Shown piece after piece: positions 38,380 through 47,408 of a stretch of 64,000 bases of DNA (within the stretch, counting starts at the first letter, position 1; the number at the start of each line of letters is the position of its first letter). Made by a program: the position numbers and the translations under genes. Origin of the DNA: an uncultured Candidatus Saccharibacteria bacterium (GTDB lineage: Bacteria > Patescibacteriota > Minisyncoccia > 2-02-FULL-40-12 > GWA2-44-9); the NCBI GenBank assembly GCA_964356795.1, contig CAYHIK010000003.1, forward strand, positions 19,004 through 83,003, written 5' to 3'. The notes beneath the pieces are model-generated. The model saw only the letters and a list, made by a program, of their open reading frames with translations. It did no database searches and was not told where the DNA came from.

Positions 38380-40349
38380 GTCAGTAATGAGTTAAAAAGA
38401 TCGTGAAGTCGCTGGGCGTGCATGCGCCATGTATATCGGGATGTAATTGAGTGTGCACGAGCTTTGATGCGGGCTCGGAATGCTTCATCTGAAATGCTTT
38501 TCTGTAGAGCCTCTGCAATGAGTGGGACTGTCGGGCGCTCTACAAAACAAGCGCAATCTTCATAGAGCTCTCGGTTCAAATCGGTATTGGCGATAATGGG
38601 AACCACTTCGTATGAGAGGCCTTCCATTGGCGGAAGGCCAAACGCTTCGACTTCTGATACGTATACGATAGCCTTTGCTCCGCGATAGTATCGCTTCAGT
38701 ATATCATCAGATACAAACGACTCGTGGATAATCGCTTCCCGACCGATAGATGTATTTGAATTCGCAATGAGCGAATCAATAATAGGTGGTTCGTATTTAT
38801 CTGGACCAATTACGCAGAGCTTGAGCTCGGGGTAGTTGCGTGCGATAGACGTGAACGCAAGAATTGTCTCGCGGAGATGGCGACGCTCGAGCGCTTGCCC
38901 GACATAGAGGACATACGGACCGTCATGAGCCGCTCCCTCCGCTGGCGTGTCGATTCCAAGGTAGTTCACTGAAATGCGCTCTCGCGGGATAGAAAATAGC
39001 TTTGAGATTGCCCGAGCCGAAGCTGTTGAGATTGCCATGATACGCGTTGCATGTCGCGCAGCCCAACGGCAAAAAATCGAGTATCCAATTCGATAGCGCC
39101 ATGCCCTCCGAGGATTGCGCATCTCGTGCCATACATCCTCGGTAAGCATGACCACGGATGGTGATGGCGCTATCAGTGGCAGCATGTAATTAGGCCAGTA
39201 CATGATGCTTGGACGGTCAAGCCACAGCCGTAGCGGGAGTAGTAGGTAGTAATAGAGGCTAAACGAAATTGGCAATGGAACCCACTCAGGAGCGCGAACG
39301 ATGTGGCATGTGACCGAAGGGTGGCGAGCCCACGGTTCATTGGGTATACGATGCTTGAAGTAGAGGTCGAGATGGAAAGGATGGATCTCGCCGTCACGGG
39401 TTACCTCTTGGAGGTAACCACGAATCATCCGTGCGACACCCCACGAGGTGTCTTCGAGGGACTCGCACTCGATGCCAATGCGGGGCTCTGTGGGGATTCT
39501 CCCCCACCGACCACGTATGAAATCGAGGATACCACTGAGGGTAGCTGAACTTTCTTCTGGATGCTGAGCAAGGAGTATTTTTAATGTTTGGAGTGCGATG
39601 CCGTAGCACATCGCGAACGGTACGAGTAGTCGAATCCACCAAGGACCTCGAAGCCAATTAAATCGCAGTGCATTTCGAGCGTGGTAGCGAATAAGCGTGG
39701 GGTGGCCAAGTTTTTTTGTGCTCTCAGATTCTCGATGAGAAATAATGGGTGACGCAATGTAGCGCACGGGAATCCCCTGCTCCATCGCGCGTAATGAAAA
39801 ATCTGCATCTTCGAAGTAGAGGAAGTACTGCTCATCTATAAGACCAATACGCTTAAATACGTCTCTATGAATACACGCGCCAGCACCAATAACATACGCG
39901 TTGACATGAGAATGCCCGGCGTAGATGTGTGTGAGTGTTGGGCGGAGCCACTTGATAATACCCCCTCGTGCAGTCCTTGATCCCTCGTTGAGTGGTATAC
40001 CGAGCACTGCTGGTTCTGTGGGGAGTTGTTCCCTAAGCTGCTGAATAAAATGCTCGTCAACCTCTGTGTCGTTATTGATGAGGAGTATCCATCGAGCATC
40101 TTGTGAGAGTGCTTTTCGAAGCGCAAGATTGTTGCCCCCGCCAAACCCCCTATTTGATGAGCTCTGAATAAAATCGATTGCGAGCGGAGATGTTGCGATA
40201 TGCGCGCCAAGCAATTCTCGATCTTCGGGCGAGCTGTCATTATCGACGACCATCAGTGTAAATGATGGGTCAGTTTGCTGCTCAAGGCATCGAATGAGCC
40301 GTAGTGTCGCGGGGGCATTATTAAAATTGACCGTAATAAGCGTCAGCAT
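38376..40349 (-). CDS. GT2-GT4 fusion glycosyltransferase
   Basis: N-terminal VVDN/NRGFGGGNN/YFLYFEDAD; C-terminal LYVG, EAFGLPPMEG. Confidence 0.88.
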   Translation of the reverse strand: MLTLITVNFNNAPATLRLIRCLEQQTDPSFTLMVVDNDSSPEDRELLGAHIATSPLAIDFIQSSSNRGFGGGNNLALRKALSQDARWILLINNDTEVDEHFIQQLREQLPTEPAVLGIPLNEGSRTARGGIIKWLRPTLTHIYAGHSHVNAYVIGAGACIHRDVFKRIGLIDEQYFLYFEDADFSLRAMEQGIPVRYIASPIISHRESESTKKLGHPTLIRYHARNALRFNWLRGPWWIRLLVPFAMCYGIALQTLKILLAQHPEESSATLSGILDFIRGRWGRIPTEPRIGIECESLEDTSWGVARMIRGYLQEVTRDGEIHPFHLDLYFKHRIPNEPWARHPSVTCHIVRAPEWVPLPISFSLYYYLLLPLRLWLDRPSIMYWPNYMLPLIAPSPSVVMLTEDVWHEMRNPRRAWRYRIGYSIFCRWAARHATRIMAISTASARAISKLFSIPRERISVNYLGIDTPAEGAAHDGPYVLYVGQALERRHLRETILAFTSIARNYPELKLCVIGPDKYEPPIIDSLIANSNTSIGREAIIHESFVSDDILKRYYRGAKAIVYVSEVEAFGLPPMEGLSYEVVPIIANTDLNRELYEDCACFVERPTVPLIAEALQKSISDEAFRARIKARAHSITSRYTWRMHAQRLHDLFNSLLT

Positions 40350-41422
40350 ATGGGCGAGTGTTCAATGAGTGCGCGCATGCGGCCTTGAAATGCTTCCGTT
40401 GTGTACTGGAGTGCGTGTTGTTGAATCTCCTTTGGATGATACTTCGGGAGCGCTTCGCGAATTCTGCGGATGCCATCAACGATTGCCTCTGGAATGCTAT
40501 CGTCAAAAAACTCACCCGTAATCCCTTCAATCACGGATTCCGTTGAGCCGCCCTTGCGGAGTGCGAGCACCGGCTTGCCATGGAGCATCGCCTCGACCGC
40601 GGTGAGTCCCCAGTCCTCTTCATTGGGGACGATAACCGCGGCGCACTCATGATAGAGATTGCTCAGCGCCTCATCTGAGATATGCCCCATAAAAACGACA
40701 TTTGCTCCTGCGGAGCGCTCAAGCGTGCGACGAAGCGGACCATCACCTACCACGATGAGCTTTTCACTCAGCTTTGTGATGGCTTGAATGAGTGCGCCTA
40801 GTTGCTTATGTGGCACGAGTCGAGAAACTACCAGGAGTGGCCCCCGCGGAGCGGTGCTCTCGTGGATAGGAATAAGCGGTTTGCGTGCGGGAGGCGGAAC
40901 AACAATTGATGGGCGTCGATAGAACTTAGCAATACGTTGAGCGACTGTGGATGATATTGCCACAAACTGATCTGGTCTTGTGGATGCGGAGACATCCCAC
41001 GAGCGGAGAGCGTGGCGGAATATACGAGAAAATATACCACTCCGCTCGTACTCTACCGAGCGGTCCCAGAGCATGCGGGTCGGGCTGTAGCAGTATGAGA
41101 CATGATGAGTTCCTGGCCGTACAATGATACCTTTCGCGAATATAACTGATGAGGAGATGACCGTGTCGAATGAGCTGAAGTCGAACGATTCGATCGCGGA
41201 GGGCATAAGGGGTGCGAGTTGGCTGTGATAGCGCCACGCCGATGGAAGTCGCTGTAGACGTGATGCAATAATGGTTGCGTTGGGGATGTGCTCGCGAATC
41301 GTGGACGGATTACAGAGGAGTGTGTAGATGGGGGCATCCGGCCACAATCGATGAAGCTCAATAAGAGCACGTTCTGCGCCTCCAATATCGATAATCCAAT
41401 CATGGACAATGGCAAGTTTCAC
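40343..41422 (-). CDS. Glycosyltransferase family 4
   Basis: AIVHDW...GGAE, SRLVPHK, EDWGLTAVEAM. Confidence 0.9.
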   Translation of the reverse strand: MKLAIVHDWIIDIGGAERALIELHRLWPDAPIYTLLCNPSTIREHIPNATIIASRLQRLPSAWRYHSQLAPLMPSAIESFDFSSFDTVISSSVIFAKGIIVRPGTHHVSYCYSPTRMLWDRSVEYERSGIFSRIFRHALRSWDVSASTRPDQFVAISSTVAQRIAKFYRRPSIVVPPPARKPLIPIHESTAPRGPLLVVSRLVPHKQLGALIQAITKLSEKLIVVGDGPLRRTLERSAGANVVFMGHISDEALSNLYHECAAVIVPNEEDWGLTAVEAMLHGKPVLALRKGGSTESVIEGITGEFFDDSIPEAIVDGIRRIREALPKYHPKEIQQHALQYTTEAFQGRMRALIEHSPIC

Positions 41423-42423
41423 GATCGTTTTGCGATAACATTCTTCTTATAGATGTCGAGATTCTCAAGCACCTTGCCTGTGCCGCGTGCAACACAGAAG
41501 AGTGGGTCGTCCGCAATGCGTGCGGGTACTCCGGTGACTTTCGTGATGAGCTCGTCGATGTTTCTTAGGAGCGCGCCTCCACCTGACACGATGATACCGC
41601 GGTCCATGATATCCGAGCAAAGCTCAGGCGGAGTGATCTCGAGAACGCTTTTGATGATTTGAAGAATCTCTCGGAGGTGTTCACTCATTGCCTCGGTCAC
41701 TTCGTTGCTGGTGACTTGAATAGTCTTTGGGAGACCCGTGGTGAGGTCGCGTCCTTTGATGTTCAGCGAATCTTCGTGTGCACCACGGAGCGCGCTGCCA
41801 ATATTTATCTTTATAAGTTCGGCGGTGCGATCACCGATTGCGAGGCCATGCTTTTTCTTTATAAATTCAACGATTGATTGATCAAATTTATTTCCACCAA
41901 CGCGCACTGATTGTGACGACACAATGCCACCAAGTGAGATGACGGCGAGCTCGGTAGTGCCCCCTCCGATATTGAGAATCATATTTCCAATAGGATTATT
42001 GATAGGGATTTGCGCTCCTATAGCAGCAAGGACTGGCTCTTTCACGAGGTAGACCGCCTTTGCTCCTGCGGCGAGCGCGCTCTCGATAACAGCACGTTTT
42101 TCAGCGGATGTGATTCCAGCAGGAACAGAGATAAGAACTTCTGGTTTCCAAAAATTAAATACACCGCTCCCCTTCTTAATGAAGTATTTTAGCATCGCTC
42201 CGGTCACGCGATAGTCTGCAACAGCGCCATCAATAAGCGGTCGAACGATTGAGATGCTGTCTGGCGTTCGACCAATCATATCTTTCGCTGAATTTCCAAC
42301 CGCGAGAATTCTATTATCGAGCACGGACACCGCAACGACAGAGGGTTCGTTAATAACGATCCCCTTTTTAGGGAGAAAAACGACAGTATTTGTGGTTCCA
42401 AGATCAATACCTATTTTCCTCAT
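41419..42423 (-). CDS. mreB: Rod shape-determining protein MreB
   Basis: IGIDLGT.NT, EPSVVA, GGGTTE, GGGALLR. Confidence 0.96.
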   Translation of the reverse strand: MRKIGIDLGTTNTVVFLPKKGIVINEPSVVAVSVLDNRILAVGNSAKDMIGRTPDSISIVRPLIDGAVADYRVTGAMLKYFIKKGSGVFNFWKPEVLISVPAGITSAEKRAVIESALAAGAKAVYLVKEPVLAAIGAQIPINNPIGNMILNIGGGTTELAVISLGGIVSSQSVRVGGNKFDQSIVEFIKKKHGLAIGDRTAELIKINIGSALRGAHEDSLNIKGRDLTTGLPKTIQVTSNEVTEAMSEHLREILQIIKSVLEITPPELCSDIMDRGIIVSGGGALLRNIDELITKVTGVPARIADDPLFCVARGTGKVLENLDIYKKNVIAKRS

Positions 42424-42485
42424 AGCGCTTGAATATAGCTGATTATGGGCTTTTTTTCAATCAATTCATAGGGTATACTAGTGAT

Positions 42486-43292
42486 ATGAAAAAGCGGACT
42501 CGTCGTATTCTTTTCTGGATTGCCGTTGCGCTTTTCGCGAGCATCAGTTGGATTGCTCTGAAGTATGCTCAGGGATATGCGTATAACTGGTCAACTGGTG
42601 TATTTGTGCGTACAGGCGCAATCGCAGTTACCACAAATACGGCAGCGACATTCTTCGTAGATGGCCACGAGCTGAAAACATCCTTTATTGGAAATCGTGC
42701 TGGCCGTGATGGCCTTATTCCGGACGTATACGATATTCGTGTTATCCGGGAGGGCTACTCAGGCTGGCGCAAAGACGCCGAGGTTCAGGAGGGTATGCTT
42801 ACCGATTTTCCAAACGTCTTGCTGCTTCCCACTGATGATGAGTCGATACTTGCGCTAAAGCAAGAGGCGTCCAGTTCGCTCCGAGAGTCCGCCACGCTTC
42901 AGCGAGTAGTTTCCATCGTATCGCGTACTGGTAAGAAAACGACCGAAACCACAGATGGCACGTTTTTGCTTCGTGGAGACATGCTCTACGATACCCGAAC
43001 TGCATCGACATCTCTTATTGCAGAGCGAGTGCTTGGGTTCACGGTATCCGATGAGAGCGATGGACTGCTGTGGTGGACCCGAAATGAAGTATGGATCCTC
43101 TGGCTCAAGAATACCAATCAGCAACCATATAGAAACGAAGGAGAGCATCAAATGCTCACTCGATTTTCCGTAAGCATTCAGCGCGCGAGTTGGTTCAGGG
43201 GTTTCACGCACGTGGTAGTGGATGTGGGCAATCAAAGTTATCGTATCGTCGAAACCGATACGCGAGGAGGTGCCAATATTATCAAGCTATAA
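42486..43292 (+). CDS. PEGA-domain membrane-anchored protein
   Basis: N-terminal TM, YAQGY, TGAI.V, Y.I.V..EGY..W.K. Confidence 0.75.
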   Translation: MKKRTRRILFWIAVALFASISWIALKYAQGYAYNWSTGVFVRTGAIAVTTNTAATFFVDGHELKTSFIGNRAGRDGLIPDVYDIRVIREGYSGWRKDAEVQEGMLTDFPNVLLLPTDDESILALKQEASSSLRESATLQRVVSIVSRTGKKTTETTDGTFLLRGDMLYDTRTASTSLIAERVLGFTVSDESDGLLWWTRNEVWILWLKNTNQQPYRNEGEHQMLTRFSVSIQRASWFRGFTHVVVDVGNQSYRIVETDTRGGANIIKL

Positions 43293-43310
43293 GGGTTCCT
43301 GTCGAAAGAT

Positions 43311-43342
43311 CAAAAAGACCTCCATTGGTGGAGGTCTTTTTG
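43311..43342. terminator. Bidirectional terminator
   Basis: CAAAAAGACCTCCA-TTGG-TGGAGGTCTTTTTG. Confidence 0.85.
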
Positions 43343-43355
43343 TAAGAGCGTTGGA

Positions 43356-43898
43356 TTAGCGCTTTGCCCAGCGAGGCCCTTTGCGCGCCTTCTTGAGTCC
43401 AGGCTTCTTGCGCTCAACACGTCGTGAGTCGCGAGTAAGGAATCCAGCTTTCTTGAGCTTCTTGCGGAAGTTTGCATCAAAGAGTTCGAGTGCGCGGCTG
43501 ATGCCATGGCGAACAGCGTCTGCTTGCCCGGAAATACCACCACCACGAACAACCGCGGTTACTTTAAAACGATTGAGTGACTTGAGGCGACGAAGGGGCT
43601 CTTCAACGCGACGAAGAAGGTTGGCATCAAGGAAGTATTCAGCGTAGTCCTTGCCATTTACGATCATGAGCGCGAGGTCCTCCTTGAGCGCGTCGCCTGA
43701 CTTACGAGTCATAAGACGAACGCGTGCGACGGCAACCTTGCGCCGACCCACTGACTCGTAGTATTTCTCAACGGCACCCTCAGGAAGTTCTTCGAGCGTT
43801 ACTGGCCCGAGGTCTACATCATCTTCATCTATAACAGTATCGACAAATGTAGTTGTCGGCACGGCTTCATTGATTGGTTCTTGTGTGTTTGCCTTCAT
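43356..43898 (-). CDS. rpsI: 30S ribosomal protein S9 (acidic N-terminal extension)
   Basis: GRRK..VARV, GGG.SGQA, ERKKPGLKKARK. Confidence 0.97.
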   Translation of the reverse strand: MKANTQEPINEAVPTTTFVDTVIDEDDVDLGPVTLEELPEGAVEKYYESVGRRKVAVARVRLMTRKSGDALKEDLALMIVNGKDYAEYFLDANLLRRVEEPLRRLKSLNRFKVTAVVRGGGISGQADAVRHGISRALELFDANFRKKLKKAGFLTRDSRRVERKKPGLKKARKGPRWAKR

Positions 43899-43900
43899 GA

Positions 43901-44242
43901 TTAAGATACGATCAAGTTACGGAGTAGCATGTCACGCTGTCGGTTCTCAGGAAGCATACCGCGCACTGCAAGGCGGAGCACCTGCTTCTTATCCTTTTCC
44001 CACATCTGCTCAAGTGTACGCTCGCGCATACCACCGGGGAATCCTGAGTGACGATAGTAAATCGTTGACTCGGCCTTTGTACCCTTGAAGACGACTTTGT
44101 CTAGATTATGGACAATCACCTGCACTGACGGCAATGCGTGAGGAGTCCAAGTCGCCGTATCTTTTGCGCGCAACATTACCGCAATTCTACTTGCGACACG
44201 TCCGAGCGCCTGATTTGCTGCATCAATTTCACGAATAATCAT
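43901..44242 (-). CDS. rplM: 50S ribosomal protein L13 (short)
   Basis: IDA....LGRVAS, YYRHSGFPGG, AVRGMLP. Confidence 0.95.
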   Translation of the reverse strand: MIIREIDAANQALGRVASRIAVMLRAKDTATWTPHALPSVQVIVHNLDKVVFKGTKAESTIYYRHSGFPGGMRERTLEQMWEKDKKQVLRLAVRGMLPENRQRDMLLRNLIVS

Positions 44243-44249
44243 GGGAGTA

Positions 44250-44594
44250 TTACACAAGCTCAATAAGTGCTGTCTCGGCGGCATCATTCGTGCGACGACC
44301 AAGTCGAACGACACGCGTATATCCACCCTTACGATCTGCAAATCTTGGGGCAATTTCAACACTTAGCTTGCGGGCAACCTCGGCGCCAACCTTCCGGAGC
44401 AATAGGCGACGACTTGCGATAGACTGACGCTTTGCTTGCGTGATAGTCTTATCTGCTTCGGTTTTGAGGGTCTTTGCTCGAGCGAGGGTAGTCTTGATTC
44501 GTCCATGGCTAAACAGCGCAGTTAAGAGCGACTTGATAAAAGCCTTTCGCTGCTGTCGCTGTCTTCCGAAAATGCGCTTATTGCCTCGTTTCAT
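44250..44594 (-). CDS. rplQ: 50S ribosomal protein L17
   Basis: GRIKTTLARAK, RKGGYTR. Confidence 0.96.
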   Translation of the reverse strand: MKRGNKRIFGRQRQQRKAFIKSLLTALFSHGRIKTTLARAKTLKTEADKTITQAKRQSIASRRLLLRKVGAEVARKLSVEIAPRFADRKGGYTRVVRLGRRTNDAAETALIELV

Positions 44595-44633
44595 GGTGTT
44601 CTATAATATCACGCGAAATCTATTTCGTCCAGA

Positions 44634-45368
44634 CTACTCCCTCTTTGCCTTCTTAGCCTTTTTCGGTGCTTTTTCTTCAGCTACAGGAACAGAAATTTGT
44701 GCTACCGCACTGAAGTGGTCGGTGAGAATTTGCGCAGCTTCCTTCATTGCCTGCTCTGGTTGAATTGCTCCATCGGTCTCGACAGACATCGTCACTTTAT
44801 TGAAGTCAATTCGCTGACCGACACGAACATCATCGATTGTGAAGTTCACGAGTCGAACAGGAGAGAACGCGGCATCAATTGCGATAACGCCAATGGGAAG
44901 CTTTTCTTTCTGGCGCTGATCCGCAGGGACGTATCCACGGCCCTTCTGAATCGTGAGCTCCATGTCCAGCTCAGTTTTCTTATCGGTAATAGTGCAGATA
45001 TGCTGCGTCGAGTCGATGAGCTCTACATCAGATGTGAGCTGGATGTCCGCTCCGGTAACTTCGCTCTCACCTTTTACTTTTAGCGTAATAACCACCGGCT
45101 CCTCGGAAAAACAGCGGAAGCGAAGCTTCTTTAAGTTCAAGATGAGCTCAATGACATCCTCCTGCACTCCCGCGATTGCGCCGAACTCGTGGTCGACGCC
45201 TTTGATTTTAATCGAGGTAACTGCAGCGCCTTCGAGCGAGGAAAGAAGTACGCGACGAAGGGGATTCGCTATGGTAGCTCCATAGCCGGGCATGAGTGGT
45301 CCGATTTCGAACACGGCCATAGTGCCCTCTTTACGTATTACTTTGATTTCTTCTGGTAGCTGTATCAT
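44634..45368 (-). CDS. rpoA: RNA polymerase alpha subunit (no alpha-CTD)
   Basis: PL..GYG.T..N.LRRVLLSSL.G, GRGYV, DA.FSPV; ends at 244 aa. Confidence 0.96.
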   Translation of the reverse strand: MIQLPEEIKVIRKEGTMAVFEIGPLMPGYGATIANPLRRVLLSSLEGAAVTSIKIKGVDHEFGAIAGVQEDVIELILNLKKLRFRCFSEEPVVITLKVKGESEVTGADIQLTSDVELIDSTQHICTITDKKTELDMELTIQKGRGYVPADQRQKEKLPIGVIAIDAAFSPVRLVNFTIDDVRVGQRIDFNKVTMSVETDGAIQPEQAMKEAAQILTDHFSAVAQISVPVAEEKAPKKAKKAKRE

Positions 45369-45460
45369 GTGCGTGACGCGTTCTTTTTATTCTCCACGAA
45401 TGGTAGGAGGTTCCTTGTCGGTAATTCGTGAAAAAGAATGAGATTACGTCAATTAATTAA

Positions 45461-46105
45461 CTAACGGGAATAGTATTCAATGATTGCCTGGAGGTCGGTA
45501 TTCTGAATGCCGCTCTCTTCGACACTGGGAAGCGCTTTGATGGTCCCGGTTACTGCCTGCTTATCAATCGAAAGCCAGCCCGGACCCGTATACTCGGCAA
45601 ACCAACGCGGCATGAGTGTGCTGAAGTACGGCAAGCTCTTAGACTGTTCGCGAATCGAGATTACATCTCCAACGCGAACCTTGATGGATGGAGTCTTTGC
45701 GCGTTTTCCGTTGAGTAGGATGTGCCCATGGCCAACGACTTGGTGTGCCTGATCGCGAGATTGTGCGAGCCCCATGCGGAATGCAACGTTGTCGAGGCGG
45801 GTTTCGAGAGCTCGAACCACGCCAATGTAGGGAGACTCGTTCTTTGATGCGGCGAGCGCAGTCTTTACGTACGCCTTGAACGGCTTCTCCATCAATCGGT
45901 ACATCTGGCGAACTTTCTGTTTGCTGCGAAGCTGCGTTCCAAATTCGGAAAGCTTTCGCGGGCGACGACCCGAGCCGTGTTGGCCTGGTGGGTAGGGGCG
46001 CTTAGTCAGTGCCGATTTCGGTGAATTCGAACGCTCACCCTTGAGTCCAAGATGCTCACCGAGTCGCCGTTCTATTTTCTCACGTGGTCCGAGATAGCGT
46101 GCCAT
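45461..46105 (-). CDS. rpsD: 30S ribosomal protein S4
   Basis: MARYLGP, PPGQHG, LETRLDN, IIEYYSR. Confidence 0.97.
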   Translation of the reverse strand: MARYLGPREKIERRLGEHLGLKGERSNSPKSALTKRPYPPGQHGSGRRPRKLSEFGTQLRSKQKVRQMYRLMEKPFKAYVKTALAASKNESPYIGVVRALETRLDNVAFRMGLAQSRDQAHQVVGHGHILLNGKRAKTPSIKVRVGDVISIREQSKSLPYFSTLMPRWFAEYTGPGWLSIDKQAVTGTIKALPSVEESGIQNTDLQAIIEYYSR

Positions 46106-46116
46106 AGTTCAGTATA

Positions 46117-46560
46117 TTAAATTCGGCGAGGCTTCGGTGACTTCACACCATTGTGAGGCACGGGGGTCGCATCCATGATTGAGGTGATATTGAGCCCGGT
46201 TCCGGCAATTCCACGAATTGCACTCTCACGAGCTGGTCCAACGCCCTTTACAACAATCTTCACGTTCATAAGGCCAAAGCGCTTTGATTTCTCGATTGCA
46301 TCTTTTGCAACAAGGTTTGCGGCATATGGAGTCGACTTTTTGCTTCCCTTGAAACCAAGAAGGCCTGCGCTTGAGAATGCAACAACGTTGCCACCCAAAT
46401 CACTCACCGCAATAAGCGTGTTGTTGTAGGAGATGTTTACGTGCACAACACCATTGAGCACCTGCTTCTTCGAAGAAGCCTTTTTGGTTGCAACTGGCGC
46501 TACCGACTCTTCGGTAACGGGTGCTTCAATTGGTTCGGTTTTCTTGGTTACAGTAGCCAT
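46117..46560 (-). CDS. rpsK: 30S ribosomal protein S11
   Basis: SYNNT, GFKGSKKSTPYAA, TPVPHNG. Confidence 0.97.
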   Translation of the reverse strand: MATVTKKTEPIEAPVTEESVAPVATKKASSKKQVLNGVVHVNISYNNTLIAVSDLGGNVVAFSSAGLLGFKGSKKSTPYAANLVAKDAIEKSKRFGLMNVKIVVKGVGPARESAIRGIAGTGLNITSIMDATPVPHNGVKSPKPRRI

Positions 46561-46565
46561 TGGTA

Positions 46566-46952
46566 TCATGTTTTTTCACCAGTCTTTGTGCGGCCCGATC
46601 CCATCGTGTGACGCACGTTCCCGCGCGTTGTGCGGCTATTTGTCTTCGAGCGGCCCTTGAGCGGCAGTCTGCGAGCGAGGCGGGAACCCCTCCAGGAGCC
46701 GATTTCCTTGTAGTGCTTAATATTTGAACCAACCTCCTTTCGAAGGTCTCCTTCGATTTTGTATGCGCGCTCGATGATTTTTTGAATCTTACCTAACTCC
46801 TCACCTGAAAGTTCAGATGCTTTCTTGTCGGGATCAATACCGGCGCTCTTCAAAATAATTCCCGATGTCGTCAATCCGATCCCATAGAGGTACGGCAAAG
46901 AATAGAGGATTTTCTTATTGTCTGGAATTGTGACACCGAAAATACGTGGCAT
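46566..46952 (-). CDS. rpsM: 30S ribosomal protein S13
   Basis: MPRIFGV.IP, YGIG, EGDLR, KTNSRT. Confidence 0.97.
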   Translation of the reverse strand: MPRIFGVTIPDNKKILYSLPYLYGIGLTTSGIILKSAGIDPDKKASELSGEELGKIQKIIERAYKIEGDLRKEVGSNIKHYKEIGSWRGSRLARRLPLKGRSKTNSRTTRGNVRHTMGSGRTKTGEKT

Positions 46953-46968
46953 GTGAGTATGTTATAGA

Positions 46969-47082
46969 TTAACCCTGGCGCTGTTTGTGCTTCGCAATCT
47001 TGCAGACGCAATACAAACGCTTCTTGCGTCGTACAAGTTTGCAGCTTTTGCACATTGGTTTTACGGATGCTTGTACTTTCAT
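46969..47082 (-). CDS. rpmJ: 50S ribosomal protein L36 (not in ORF track)
   Basis: [37 protein letters not shown]. Confidence 0.95.
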   Translation of the reverse strand: MKVQASVKPMCKSCKLVRRKKRLYCVCKIAKHKQRQG

Positions 47083-47113
47083 GACAAAAAATTGAACCGC
47101 AACTGAACTATCG

Positions 47114-47326
47114 TTAATTACGATAGACGATACGCCCACGCAATCTATCTGGGCTTAGTTCAAGGGTTACCTTGTCGCCGAGCATTACTTTTACATAATG
47201 AAGGCGCATCTTGCCCGCTAAATACGCAAGCACCACGGCTCCATCGTCCAATTGGACTCGGAACGTGGCATCAGGTAGGGCTTCAATAACCTGTCCGATA
47301 ACTTTTGGTTTTTTCTGGTCGTTCAA
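47114..47326 (-). CDS. infA: Translation initiation factor IF-1 (start uncertain)
   Basis: [36 protein letters not shown]. Confidence 0.95.
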   Translation of the reverse strand: MNDQKKPKVIGQVIEALPDATFRVQLDDGAVVLAYLAGKMRLHYVKVMLGDKVTLELSPDRLRGRIVYRN

Positions 47327-47408
47327 GGAAACCGTTTTGACTGCTCTTGGGCCACACGAATGCATGCCTTTCAGAGCCCGTGTATATTAGCAGATGGCCG
47401 ACCTCGTG

